NCBI RefSeq assembly: GCF_009914755.1 | Contig: NC_060942.1 | Reading direction: 5' to 3' (one strand) | DNA length: 64,000 bases | DNA from: the human T2T-CHM13v2.0 reference genome, Homo sapiens | Part shown: positions 15,033 to 28,500 of the stretch, piece by piece | Layout of the letters: each line of letters opens with the position of its first letter | Numbering within the stretch: position 1 is the first letter of the stretch | Notes under the pieces: model-generated | Databases searched by the model: none | What the model was told of the DNA's origin: nothing | Seen by the model: only the letters and a program-made list of their open reading frames with translations | Position numbers and translations under genes: made by a program

Positions 15033-15600
15033 TGTGACAGTTAGTATTAGGTGTCAACCTGACTAGACTGAGGGATTCCTAGATGGCTGATGAAGCGTTG
15101 TTCCTGGGTGTGTCTGTGAGGGTGTTGGCAGAGGAGACTGGCATTTGAGGCAGTGGACTGGGAGAGGAAAACCCACCTTCAATGTGGGGGTGGACACCAT
15201 CTAATAGGCTGCCAGCAAGGCTAGAAGAAAGCAGGCAGCAGAACTGGGATAGACAGGTTGCTTGCTGAGTTGGCTTGCTCTCTTTCTTTTCCTGCTGTGC
15301 CACATACTTGGCTTCCTCTCCTCCTGACCTCGGACATCAGACTCCAGGTTCTTTAGCATTTGGACTTGAACCAGCAGCATGTCAGGGGTTCTCGGGCCTT
15401 CAGTCTCAGACTGAATGCTGCACTGTTGGCTTCCCTGGTTTCGAGGCTTTTGGAATTGGACTGAGCAGTGCTACCAGCTTCTCTTTCCCCAGCTGGCAGA
15501 TGACCTACTCTGGAACTTCCCCTTGTAATCCTATAAACCAATTCTCCCTAACAACCTTATCTTATTGGTTTTGTCCCTTTGGAGAACCCTGACTAATACA
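15033..15600 (+). mobile_element. MLT2 (A2/B-like) ERVL solo LTR
   Basis: tgtgacagttagtattaggtgtcaac start, ggagaaccctgactaataca end; 5-bp TSD gttac/gttag. Confidence 0.9.
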
Positions 15601-16743
15601 GTTAGTATTAAAATAAAATTTACAAACATGCAAAATCATACAGTATGTTGATGAAGATAGAGCTATATATAGTGGAGCTATAAAGAAGAACAAGGAAATG
15701 ATAAACACAAAATCCAGGACAGAAGTTACCTCTGGGATGGTTGGTGGGAGCAGACAATGTGAAAATGGAAGGTCAGATGGAGGGCTTAACTACTAATATT
15801 AACTGCATATTTCTTACAGTGGTTGGTGTGTACACTCATGTCCATTTTATTACTATCTTTCATATTACATATGTTTCATAACATTTTGTAGAATGTGTGA
15901 GTATATGAATTCTAAATCTAAATCCCAGTTGTGGCCACAACAACGTATCAATACCATAGGGGAGGGCTTCCAAATTCCCAGCTAGGGTCAATGCATTTTT
16001 TTCATTGTCAACATATTAGTGCAATCTATTTTGCATATCCAAATACCTACAGTTCAACAGAGAGGGGCAATAAAGCTCGTATATAAAAGAATCAACACAA
16101 TAGTGGTATATAACTGCCTAGAGACAACTAATGCAAGGATGTGGGAACAATATCCAATAATAAACAATCACACACAAGGGCTGACTCGCTATTGAGGGTA
16201 TGTGCCCCACTAGCATAGTACTATGACACTCAGTCCTACTTCAGAGGTGCACACTCTCCTACTCTCCTCACTGAAAGGTGGAGTTTCTGACTGGAGCCTC
16301 TGGAATTTGCTCCTTGGTCCCAACATACAAGCCATGAAAAAGAAAGCATCCAAACCTACAAAGCACCAACCAAAAGATGAGATACTGTAGAATTTTATTG
16401 CTACCCAAAAAATATGTGTGAATAGCCTGTGAATTAACAGAAAAGTTCATTCTAGGTACTTAATAGTTTTATATTGATATAATCCTCTGTTATGTATGGT
16501 GTTAAGGTAATATATACATATACATTTATATGTAATTTGAATACACTTCCTCCAACTGGTTTCCATTTATTCTATCATAGTCAGTGGAGTAAATGTAATT
16601 TCTAAAACAAGCTGAGTTTATGTATACTTAACTGGAAAAAATTGAAATGGAAAAAATACAATAATGTAGACAATCACAAATATATGCCTATCAAATGAAG
16701 GTACGAATGCAGTTATGCTTAATGTTATGCAAATGGCACCTGT

Positions 16744-17046
16744 GGCCGGGCAGGGTGGCTCGTGCCTATAATCCTAGCACTTTAGGAGGATGACGGGGCA
16801 GATTACCTGAGGTCAGGAGTTTGAGACCAGTCTGGCCAATATGGCAAAACCCTGTCTCTACTAAAAATACAAAAAAATCAGCTTGATGTGGTGGTGGGTG
16901 CCTATAATCTCAGCTACTCCAGAGGCTGAGGCACAAGAATCGCTTGAACCCGGGAGGCGGAGGTTGCAGTGAGCCAATATTGTGCCACGGCACTCCAGCC
17001 TGGGTGACAGGACTCTGTCTCCAAGAAGAAAAGAAAAAAAAAAAAA
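16744..17046 (+). mobile_element. AluSx-like, full length
   Basis: Alu dimer with A tail. Confidence 0.95.
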
Positions 17047-19784
17047 GCTCTTGTGACATGGAATAAAACTGAATGACAACATCAAACTTGAATTCAGAAA
17101 TGTTTGTATCTCAATAAATCTCAGAAATAAGTATACTTTGGAAAAAGACAAAATATGGCTCTGGAAATGAAGATATTGAAGGTGAAGTGAAAGGCTGAAT
17201 CAAATTTGTTTACTGAAATATGAAGCTTAAAAAAGCAGTATTTCTAAATCATATTAATCATTTCTAAATAATATTGTGTAATTTTTATTTTACAAGTTTG
17301 TGCAACTCAATTAATACAGTAAGTACTAAAATAGGTGGCTGATTAGTATAGATATCTACATATCTTAACTATATATGTCAAAATTATTTGAAAATATTTT
17401 TAATATTTTCTCACTTAAAAACAGATGCATCACATTTTATATTGGTTTTTCTCTTTGGGCATATACTGTAAGAGAATAAAAGTAAATATACCTCTGCTGC
17501 CTCTCTCTCTCTCTCATAATTAAGACAAGAATATTGGAGATGGTCACAAAGAGGAAATAATTACTATAATTAATTTACATACTTTTTGAAAATCCTTGCG
17601 CCAACTCTGAGGGAGTTTACTGATAGAAAAATGAAGATTTAAAATTAAGAAACTTGCATAAGACCTCAGAACTAGTAGATACCGACTAGGGGATTTGTAC
17701 TTATTTCTAATTCCAAAGATCATTATTAAATATAAACTTGTTGTGTCTATTACATTTTCAACGGCAATGTCCCCCTTCAAATTAAGGATGAAAATGGGGG
17801 AAAGGTAAAAACAAAGCTTGTGAAAAACCCACCAGTACAACCTGCTGCTTGCACAGAGAAAACCTTATGCCTCTTAAGGTAATGAAATTTTAAGTTTGTG
17901 TGTGTGTATACAAGCACGCATCTTTTTATTCATGTGTTCAACAATAGGATATTTTAGATAGTTTTATAATTACCGTTAGGAAACAGTCAAAGTAACAACT
18001 GGATATGTGTACATTTCAGTTTACTTCAGTAAATCTAGAGAGATAATCAGAAGTTAGTTGGTGTACATAAGCCAACTGTAAGCATGTTGTGCTCCAGTTA
18101 GCACTGAACTAGCCAGGGTGCCCAGATTAATGTTTAAAAATAACAGTAAAAACCTTCTGTTTTGTTTATGTGGGGTTAACTTATAGTAGCTATATCCTTT
18201 GTATGAACTTATATTTTAATGTGTATCCCCTCAAAGCAATTTCATCATTTCTTGGTTGTATTGTTTTTATACATATAAATCTCCCTTCAATGTTAAGTGA
18301 AATATTGCATTAAAGCATCAAATTAAAATGGTCCATAAAGTTAAACTAACCATATTTTAAAGTTGCAAGCAATGTAAACAAATCTAGAGAAAAAGTAATC
18401 TTTTGGAACAGAGTGAAGGAATGAACATATTAAAACAAAAAAAAAATCAATAAAACTTGGCATTAATTTTTCAGTATAGTACAAGGGTTTGGAGCATTAT
18501 TTGCATAGTGCAATGAACAAGGTAAAAATAAACTTATTGTTCATCAAGGGGTGTCAGATTTTAATGCAAGGATTGAAAAGTTTATGTTTCTCATTTAGCA
18601 AATGAGAGAAGTGCCAGTAATAGGAGCCAAATTGACTTCCAAAAAGAGAAACAAGGAGCATTAAAGATGTTGCATGACCATGAATATTTCCCTCTTTAAA
18701 CCATAAAGAATAATGTATGTATCCCGAGGTCAGAAACAGAGCAAAACACAATATATGAGAGGACACTGGCTTATCTAGGACAGTTGAAAACCTGAGACAT
18801 TAGGTGAAATTCAACATCAGTGTTAATACAGTTGAAAGAAAAATTACATTCAAGAGTCAGCAATACAGAAATCGTTTAAAGAAATAGTATAAAATAGGAA
18901 GAACAATTGCCATGTACTGTGAAACAGTATCGGCTTAGATTATAATTTATCTTTCTGTCCTACCAAGTATCATCTTCCCTAATATTTCAGTCTTTTAAAT
19001 AGTTGATACAATAATTAACACACCATTGTTATTGGAATGATTCTCCTTGAGTACTTTATTTGCTGTGTTCAGATTTAGGGTTTCTCCTTTCTTCCCATTT
19101 CACTCCTTTCCTCCCTCCTTTGTTTCCTTTCTTCTGTCATTATTTAGAAGACAGGGAAAAGAACAACAGAGTGTTGTTTTTCCCCTAAAACAAACTCTAT
19201 TTGAATGTATTTGATCAACTGTTAGTCACAGAATTCACAGCATTCGCTTCTACTTGGTATAGCCTCCTTTATGCTGGGAAATTTGTGAAAAGTGGAAAAA
19301 GAATGTTTCTTTTTAGTTCCCTCTAAGCTGTCAGCTTCATGGAGGTAGAGCCCATGTATACTTTGTTCACCATTGCATTTCCAGGATTGAGAGCTGTGCC
19401 TGGCACTTTGGATCTGGAGGTCTCAGGGAGGGGGAGAGAAGGAAAAGAAAAGCCTGACGGAGCCTGAATCAAATACACTGAGTTGTCCATCTTACTGCCA
19501 TTACTAGCAATGGTCTACACACAGGCCAGTCAGACCACACTCAGGCCTTTTTTTTTTCTCTCTCTCTCCAGGGCATTCCTTGATATTCAAATACAGAGCA
19601 AACTTGGGGTAGTTGAGTGAATGGGAATGGCAAGAGTGAGTTCCAGTGGTTTTATTCTATTTGCACTTATGGATAACCCAGAATCTCTCTTAGAAGATTG
19701 ATGGGATGTGCTGTGAGAAGTATATAGTCAAAACCTAGTGGTGATCGCTACTCAAATTTACCTATCATAATTCCCCCTAGTTAA

Positions 19785-19950
19785 TTGATATGTTAGAATG
19801 TTAGGGAAACTTACCTCTGGAAGTAGCGTTATACTCCCTTCTATTAAAAGAAAAAAAGAAAAAGAAAAAAAAAGCATCTTCAATGTGCTAACCTTGTGCA
19901 TCACTTTAGTGATGTATACCTCAAGTAACTTGCAAGAAGTTTCTTCTTTT
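19785..19950. repeat. Local repeat copy A
   Basis: Aligns to 20591-20850 (minus the Alu) and partly to 21633-22017. Confidence 0.9.
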
Positions 19951-20339
19951 TCCTCATAACCGTGCTGTTTCAGAAATAAATAAGCCATGTCTACTATAGA
20001 ACAGCTACCACTTCTTGGGGCTTTTCCTTGGGTGGTAATCACTACCTTGCATGCCCCTCCTCTCACTCTTTCTCTTCCTGATGAATTCCTAAGAGTTTCA
20101 AAGTCTCTAGAGAGATTGCCAATTCCTCACTGAGGATATTCATAGTCAATTGATTTTTATGTTCTTCCTTTATGCTAATCAGTACCTTGACAGTAGATAC
20201 ATTGATTGTTCCTTTTATTCAAAAGTACCCGTTGATTCAAAAGTAACAAAAGTGTGGTGAATAGGCAAATAAATAATGAATTATAAATCCATTCAAAATT
20301 CCTTCAAAAAACTTTAGAACTGAAAAAACATGTGCCTAA

Positions 20340-20500
20340 ATCTTGGTCAAACCACTTATCAGCTGATTTGCTTTGGACAAATCACTTGACATGAGTTTCA
20401 AACATATATGTAAAATAACTACTTGATAGAGTTGTTGTGAGGATTGTAATGATACACAAAAACCTTATGATTCAATGTGCAGCACATATTAAGTGATTAA
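20340..20500 (+). mobile_element. MIR fragment
   Basis: ctttggacaaatcactt...gtaaaat...atagagttgttgtgaggatt core. Confidence 0.55.
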
Positions 20501-20537
20501 TTCATGACAGATCCTTATCCAAAGTAAACCAATTATT

Positions 20538-20850
20538 GACAATTCAGTCAACATTTAAACAGGCAGTAAACAGCCCACATATTAATTGTCTTGATATCTT
20601 AGAATGTTAGGGAACCTTACCTCTGGAAGTAGTGTTAAATCCCTTCTATTAAAAAAAAAAAAAAGCGGCGTGAACCCGGGAGGCGGAGCTTGCAGTGAGC
20701 CGAGATCCCGCCACTGCACTCCAGCCTGGGCGACAGAGCGAGACTCCGTTTCAAAAAAAAAAAAAAAAAAAAAGCATCTTCAATGTGCTAACCTTGTACA
20801 TCACTTTAGTGATGTATACCTCAAGTAACTTGCAAGAAGTTTCTTCTTTT
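20538..20850. repeat. Local repeat copy B (contains truncated Alu)
   Basis: Shares 20591-20850 with copy A and 20538-20650 with copy C. Confidence 0.9.
20667..20773 (+). mobile_element. 5'-truncated young AluY (Ya5-like)
   Basis: Last ~86 nt of Alu, CpGs intact, gagatcccgcc diagnostic; TSD (A)n-GC at 20651-20666 and ending 20775; TT/AAAA target. Confidence 0.9.
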
Positions 20851-21192
20851 AGTGATATCATGCCTGAATGAAGATCTTACTAGCAGCAGGAAGGGCAGAT
20901 GTAGAATACAGATTCTTAATACAGGTACATCCTTGCCATTTAGAAAGTTGCAGTCAGGACCTGGAATTAAGTTAGGGGAACAGAGACTCGAGAGTCAGGG
21001 GTTGGGGGAGGTGGAGAAGGACCAAGTTCAGTTGCTAAAATTCTGGGTTTGGGGATCGGTATTCAACTTGTCCTGCATTTTCCAACTGCTGGTTCCTCAG
21101 CTCCATACAAAATCTTAATAGCATTACTCAAAGACCTAGGGAAAAGGGGTAAGATAAAATTATCCCAATCATAGACAAGTTGCTTTTAGCTT

Positions 21193-21198
21193 TTTATT
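21193..21198 (-). terminator. Probable DSEL polyadenylation signal AATAAA
   Basis: tttatt on plus strand; gives a ~9.3 kb mRNA, consistent with my recollection of DSEL transcript length. Confidence 0.6.
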
Positions 21199-21579
21199 TT
21201 TGTATTAACAGGAGTCTTATTACACATAGGTCTGATAAAACTGGTTTATGATCTTCAGTCTGTTTCCAGTGCTGCATAACTAGATAACGTATGAAGGAAA
21301 AACGACGACGAACAAAAAATTAATTGCTTGGAAGACTTAGTTGAATCTATCCATGAAAACAGAATCAATTAAACATGTATGTGTTACTTAGACTAAATAT
21401 AAATAACCCATATAAATGGTAGCTCAAACATCTCAAGTGTTTCAGAGAATGTTAGAATCTATTGTTTGAAGTGTCTATTGTACTCTATGCAAAAATCCAA
21501 AGTCATTTGCGTCTTTAAAAATGATATGGATAATTTTTCTTCCGAAATGAAGTGAAATCATGATTAATCAGATATATCA

Positions 21580-22017
<438 letters not shown>

Positions 22018-23317
22018 TGCTTTTTCCTAAATCAACAAATGAAAACGTTTCTATTTCTGATCAAAGTTAATCAAGCCAAACAAAGCAATTCAAAAATTAT
22101 CATTAATATTTACTCACTTAAAATTGTGATATACTTTGTATACCAAGAATGCCAAAGATACTTGGTGATGTACAGAAATTGTTGCTGAACAATTATGCCA
22201 ACCAAAAGTAAGTGGTGGAGGAGGTTCTTCTTTGAATACATTTGCAGAGGGCAATGTAGCAAGACCTGGGAATTTTGATACAAGGAAGGATTGTCCCATT
22301 CTTGTCAGGCATTTATTAGTTATTCTCTATGTAAAAGGACAATCAAATGTCTAATATTTTGGTGTCCACACCTAAACGTACATATTGTTGTGTCATCACT
22401 TTGTTAAAATTTAAATTTTAAATTAAATTCTACAAACTAAATCTATGCAGATTTAGCTTCTTTCTCCTGAGCAGATTTTCCTATTTCCTCTGAGTTTTCA
22501 TTAAATTCAACTCTGAATATGGCCTTTTTATTTCATCTTGAGTAAATCTATGTTGTTTGAAAATTTAAAAAGCCAATTATCATTATATTTGTTACTTCAC
22601 TTTTGTCAGCAAAATTAATAAGTCCTTTCAAAATTTTAAAATTTCAATCCTATTATTATAATAAAAGCAATTATCTCAATTAGGCCTATGTTTGGGGAAG
22701 TTAATGTAGAAAAAGACGGATTTTACAGATAAGAAATTTTGTAAGTGTTTCTTTCAGAAGTATCAGATAGTGATAATCCCTCTTTTAATTATTTCAAAGA
22801 ACAAAAATAAGAGTAGAAGCTATTTAAAATTTTCCTAGATCACCCTAAGGGTGCAGGACCTGGGAACATGCTGGGAGAGTCAATCCCCTTAGGAATTCTG
22901 TTTCTAAGGCAGGGGTCTCAGGCACCATCACATGCATACATACCCAATGGATGTGTCACCCGCTCACCCATACATAACATTCCTTACAGAACAATCTGTG
23001 AGTAGACGCTTTCTCCAGCAAACTTTCTATTTTAGAATAACTAAATAGTAGGGTTCATGTCTAAAATTTTCCCTTGGGGTGGGAGTAGGTGAGTACAGAA
23101 ACAAGTAAATACAACTCTGCATTGCCATGTGGGGGTGAAAGCTGGGATACATTGTAAAGATCATTTTCGTAAGCCTGTACCTTTCTTTTGCTATCAATGA
23201 CGTGTTCCCATATTCATTCTCAGTGTAACTCATTTTCTTTTTCATTTTCTGTAACTCTTCTTTCCCTATTACTCCACATACTCCATCTGGCCTTCTCCTG
23301 CCAACAGGTACATTTCT

Positions 23318-23626
23318 TTTTTTCTTTTTTTTTTTTTTTTTGAGGCGGAGTCTCACTCTGTCGCCCAGGCTGGAGTGCAGTGGCGCATCTCCACTCACTG
23401 CAAGCTCTGCCTCCCAGGTTCATGCCATTCTCCTGCCTCAGCCTCCCGTGTAGCTGGGACTACAGGTGCCCGCCACCACGCCCGGCTAATTTTTTGTACT
23501 TTTTTTTTAGTAGAGACGGGGTTTCACCGTGTTAGCCAGGATGGTCTTGATCTCCTGACCTCGTGATCCACCCGCCTCGGCCTCCCGAAGTGCTGGGATT
23601 ACAGGCGTGAGCCACTGCACCCGGCC
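23318..23626 (-). mobile_element. AluY in DSEL 3'UTR, sense to mRNA
   Basis: AluY diagnostics; perfect 18-bp TSD gccaacaggtacatttct at 23300-23317 and 23627-23644. Confidence 0.95.
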
Positions 23627-25444
23627 GCCAACAGGTACATTTCTGTATTGTCTGTACAATGTTAAAATAAAGGGAACAGTAGTTTCTGCTTTCTTGCTTG
23701 CTACCTGCATGCAATTGTAATTCCTACCTTGATCAGATCTAATACTACTGACAATCCAGACTTTTTATATGTGATCTGATTCACGATCACATATCCTAGG
23801 AATTGAAAGTAAACACTGAGATTCTGCCCAATAATGGAAATAGTGTTATCAACCATGTAGCATGCAATATTCATGTAGATATTATCCAAGTAGCATTTTA
23901 TATGCTTGCCGGTAACTCTGAGATAGAATGAATAATCTTTCTTGAGATTACTAGTGTAGATTCAGGTCTTCAGTGCCCTCTCAACCTACATTCACATGAA
24001 TTTCATTCATTTTGAAATTACAGAGGGACAATCATGAGAGATATGGGAAGGAATATGTTGGGGAGGGGGGGCAGTCTCCACTCACACTATAATGGAAGAA
24101 AAATGACAGCCAAGTTAGGTTTAGCTGGAATCTAACATATACAGAGCTTTATCACTCTGGAGGCACATTTTGACATAATAATAACTACTGAGAAAGAACC
24201 ACTTTTATCTAGGTCAGAATGACAGACTTCCAAGTGTTAGAGAGCTTGGGGGAACCACAGTTTGAAACATCAGGAAGAAGACTGCAATCTGTACAGAGAT
24301 TTTCATCAAGTCTCCACACTGCCTTATGTTTTCATCCAATACATTGTAATTACTCCACTGGCTTATAATGGCGTAGCATTTTGATTTCAGAGCCTACCAA
24401 AATAAAATAAACCACACTTTATGACGACTACATTTATAATAAGATGCAGATGGTAAAGGAAACAGATGCCTCTGACATCATCTCCCATTTGCTTTCAACT
24501 TTTGCAGACACTGGCAGTCTGTAAACTCATTCAAAGGGATGCAAGATAAGTCAGGCAGTTTTCCAATTCTGTTTCCAGTTTAAAAAGACACTGCAGTGGC
24601 ACTACTTTGAGTCACAGAGTGTTAATTCCAGAAAAATAAATTTGATTCTAAGTCTGTGTCAGTCTTTAACGCAAAATTAATCAACTGGGGGGAAAATGCC
24701 CCACAATATTGAGAGTTCAGCGATTAGTAACTACTGATTGTTTTGCTTGACAGTGACAGAAAGGATAGGATGGGAGTGATGTGATGGCGAACAGCTGTAG
24801 CTCCAGGGAGGATAAAAAGTGAAAGGAGAGTTTTAAACAGACAATCATGTCTAAAATAATCTACCAGCCCTTGCCACCCAGATTGTTCAAAGACTTGTTC
24901 CTTATATTTCTAAGTAAAAAACTTCAAGGAGGCTTTTAAAGTCAGTTTCCGACCTCAAAAAAACATATTCATTCTGTATTTCCATCTGTATTTCCCAGAA
25001 GAAATCCTATAGTTCTGATAGGAGCTTTCACCATTTCCTCAGTGATATCACTGAACATTAAACACAGTAAAAGAAATTTTCTTTTTCTTTGTGCAAGATA
25101 AGTGTGTCAGAAGACCTTTTCAAAAGGATAAGGAACTTTTGTAGTCCATCTTGAAAGCAAGAGATGCGTGGGTAAAGCAGCAATTGCAAGGCCTTTAGCA
25201 GTGTTTGAGGTCTCTAGATAGATTAGCACAGTTACAGATGAAGGGGAGTTAGACAAAAACTTAAAATTTTCCCATCTCCCCTGACCCCATGATATAACTT
25301 CATCTACCACTCTGTAGCAGAAACTTTTTAGCAGACAAAATTTTCAGAAACAAAGGCAAGGGAGGTGATGACATAAAAATAAATCCTGCTAGGCCAAATA
25401 TGGTGCCATTTTTTAAAACAATCTCTCTGTGCAAACAACACTGA

Positions 25445-25478
25445 ACACATACACGCGTGCACACACACACACACACAC
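25445..25478. repeat. Imperfect (CA)n microsatellite
   Basis: acacatacacgcgtgcacacacacacacacacac. Confidence 0.9.
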
Positions 25479-25564
25479 TAAAGAATAAACAAACTCTTCT
25501 GATTCATATCCACAAAGTGGGTTGGTAAGTATTATTAGTGCAAATTTCTGCTGACCTGCAGCAT

Positions 25565-28500
25565 TTAGTCCATAAACTTTGGATATCCTAGGCGATCCAT
25601 CAGAGTCCAGCAGATGTTTTCAATTAGTTTAATTTCATCTCTAGGCAAGTTCTGTTTCCAAACATTAGTATTAGTTGGTGATATTTCCCCTTCATAGGGA
25701 AGGTAAAAAAGGTTTGTAGAGGTGGCAAACAATATTTGGTTTAAACTAGCAGGAGACAAAGGAATTCCAAGAAAGGCAAAAATCCTTTCAGTAGTTTTCT
25801 GAGGAAAATGCACAATATCTTCAAACTTGACCAGCTGGTAGCTAGTAGGCAGCAAATCTGTATTTATTCTCAAGGCTGCTGCTGTATTTGCTAGCCACAA
25901 GTGAGACAAGAGGGACACTGCATTTGATTTGGATTTTGATAATTCTTTCCTCAATGGTTCATACTCGAAAGCATAACCCGAATTTAAGTTACATTTGCCT
26001 TTACCTCCCTCTATTTTAAACAATTTTGCTAAATGCTCTGGTACATTCTTCAAAGAATAAAGACTTGGTTTACTATTGTACAACATTGAATAAATCCATG
26101 CCCGAGGGTCTCTTACTATGTACAATGCCCTCATCGAAGCTCCTAAAACTTCCTGAAAAAAATGAAGCTTTAACGTCCAGCTTCCACTGCTTAAACTGAG
26201 CACAGGACGTGCACTTGGATAGTAAACCAGGTGTCTCCTCAAAGCCCTAATATATTCAGCATCTCTATCAAAGGCGCCTTTCATTTGACTTCTTTGTTCT
26301 GGCAAAGACTCTCTCCTTTTAAATTTTCTTTTTTTGTCCTTATTCATTGCAAAATATTGGGCCAGTTTACCCCTATTGGGTTCATGCAGATGGATGTTTT
26401 GCAAATGTAATTTTGTGTCCTGGACTAAAGACTGCAACCAGCCTCGGAGTAAACGAAAATGCCCACTGCGGATATCTGACACCTTCCATTCACAAGCATC
26501 TACAAATGAGTCGATTTCCAACTCAGTTTCAGGAATATCAATGTAGGCTGTAGGAACCCTGATGTAGAGAAAATCACTACTGTTGAAAAAAAGTTGTTTG
26601 AGAATTTCAGCTCCTGAACCAGGAAGTGAGGTAATGACAACATCAGGAAGATCCATGTGGTGCCCTTCAGAAGACAAAGACTTCTTGCTTCCCTCAGCCT
26701 CTGTCCTTGTCCATTTTGCACAAATGGGCTGACTACAAGTGCTCCACACATCCAAAAGCTCAATAAACCACAAGGCAATAACAAGTATTAATATCCATCG
26801 CATTAGTTTTCTAAAAGAAAGGTAAAAACGCCATTGGAAAGTTAAAATCACCAAGCTAATGCACAAAATTAATCCAACTGCTATATTAAATTTAAATCCA
26901 AAGGGGAAAATAATCCTATCATGTCTTACAGGCTTTACTATTGCTTGAGTGCCCAAACCAAATCGGGTTATTTGGCCTTGATCAGCCACACTGGCAAAGC
27001 CACCGAATCCCAGATAATTGAATCTTGTCTTCAGGTTATGGTAATCAGTTACAATAGAAACAACATGTTCAGTATTATTGACATTGAGAGAAATCTGAAG
27101 TCCAGGATTGGAACTATCAATAAATCTGCAGCTGGAGACATTGATATATGGCCCATAAAAGACATATGCAATTCTTGTGATTGTGGATTCCATCTGAAAA
27201 GTAACATTAACAAATTGAGTCCATCGTTTTTTAAATTCAGCAGCTTGCTCTGCTTCCTGTATACTGGCCATGGGACTATTGCCATGATGATCAAACCAAA
27301 ACATTTTGTAATGTGCATCCCACACATCCATCATGGCACCATTATACCTATTCATAAACTTATATGGGATATATTTAAAATCAATATCCAAATTATGAAA
27401 GAAGGCACTGACAGAATTTATTGGGGAATCTTCTTGCCTCTCAATATGATCAACAACTAGCAGAGTTTGGGAATTTAAGAGAAGCAAAGCACGATATACA
27501 CTTTTCAGTCTCATTGCTGAAGAATAAGCAGACACGGCTTCCCCACTCACAAATACCATTTCCCCATGTTGAGAGGCAGTGATTATTTCCCCAGCTGCAT
27601 CACCAACCTCCTCGCCAGTCCACTTAAGCCACTGCGCACATTCTCCCAGTTGACCTTCCCAGGGCTTATTACACTGGCTTGAGGGTGATGGAGCAAACAC
27701 CAATACATTGTTAAGGTGGCTCAACTTGGGTCCATAGAGAGCTTCAGAAACAAATACTTGTCCATTGGGGGCAAAAGTAAATGAGTTCTGATCTGGATGC
27801 TCATGTCCTGGGTTAAAACTTCTCCACCCATCAATCCAGGAATATGGCTGAAAATGAACTATGTCATACACAGCTCGTCCCCCCAGCTTCCCAGATTTAA
27901 AAGACACAAAGGTGTTGGTCTGTGTGTTTGGCAACCCAGCCCCATAAGTAACCACACCCCAGTTAGGGAATGTGTGTATTTTTGCAGTACCATAATCAGC
28001 AGGTGGCTGTGGTGTGAGCTGGGGATCATACCAGATGTATTCAGTGTGAAGAGTACTCCACCTTTGGGCAGTTGAAGGAACCATCGGTCCATCTTTAGGT
28101 CGGTGCTTTCTAATTTGCTGAGCTAACCAATTTCCAGCTCCATTCTTTAAGATGAACTTATCCAAGAAAACTAGCTGGCTTTCTGGACCATAAAACCAAT
28201 TATAATTGGAATCTGCTATACCCACAGTTCTTTGGAAGCCAGGTAAAAGGGTGGCATAATAGAACCAAAAGTGCATCTTTAACCAGTTATTATCCAAGTT
28301 GTTGATATTAAAATGGCGCTGGGCCAGAAAAACATACTGTGTGACGGATTTAGCTGTGTAGCTTCCATAGGCCACACCTTCATCCAAAGAACCATCAACA
28401 ATATGATTCAATAGAAACATTGTCTTTTCCATGACATCCACTACAGCCTGTTTCCATATATTTGCTTTAGATCCTTTATCTACTCCAGTCACCAAGGCCC

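Larger units (their letters stand above)
10130..15900 (+). mobile_element. Long degenerate L1M (ORF2 to 3' end) hosting several younger insertions
   Basis: A-rich ORF2-like blocks (actgtagtaataaagacagtgtggtattgcc; aatgaaaaccataagg) and L1ME-like 3' end at 15600-15900. Confidence 0.7.

Noticed and set aside
15037-15610. 13-bp direct repeat acagttagtatta near both ends of the MLT2 LTR
   Set aside because: The first copy is part of the LTR 5' end and ERVL TSDs are 5 bp; probably coincidence
16000-16450. Unclassified sequence with mild LTR-like character
   Set aside because: No termini, TSD or family recognised; needs a Dfam search
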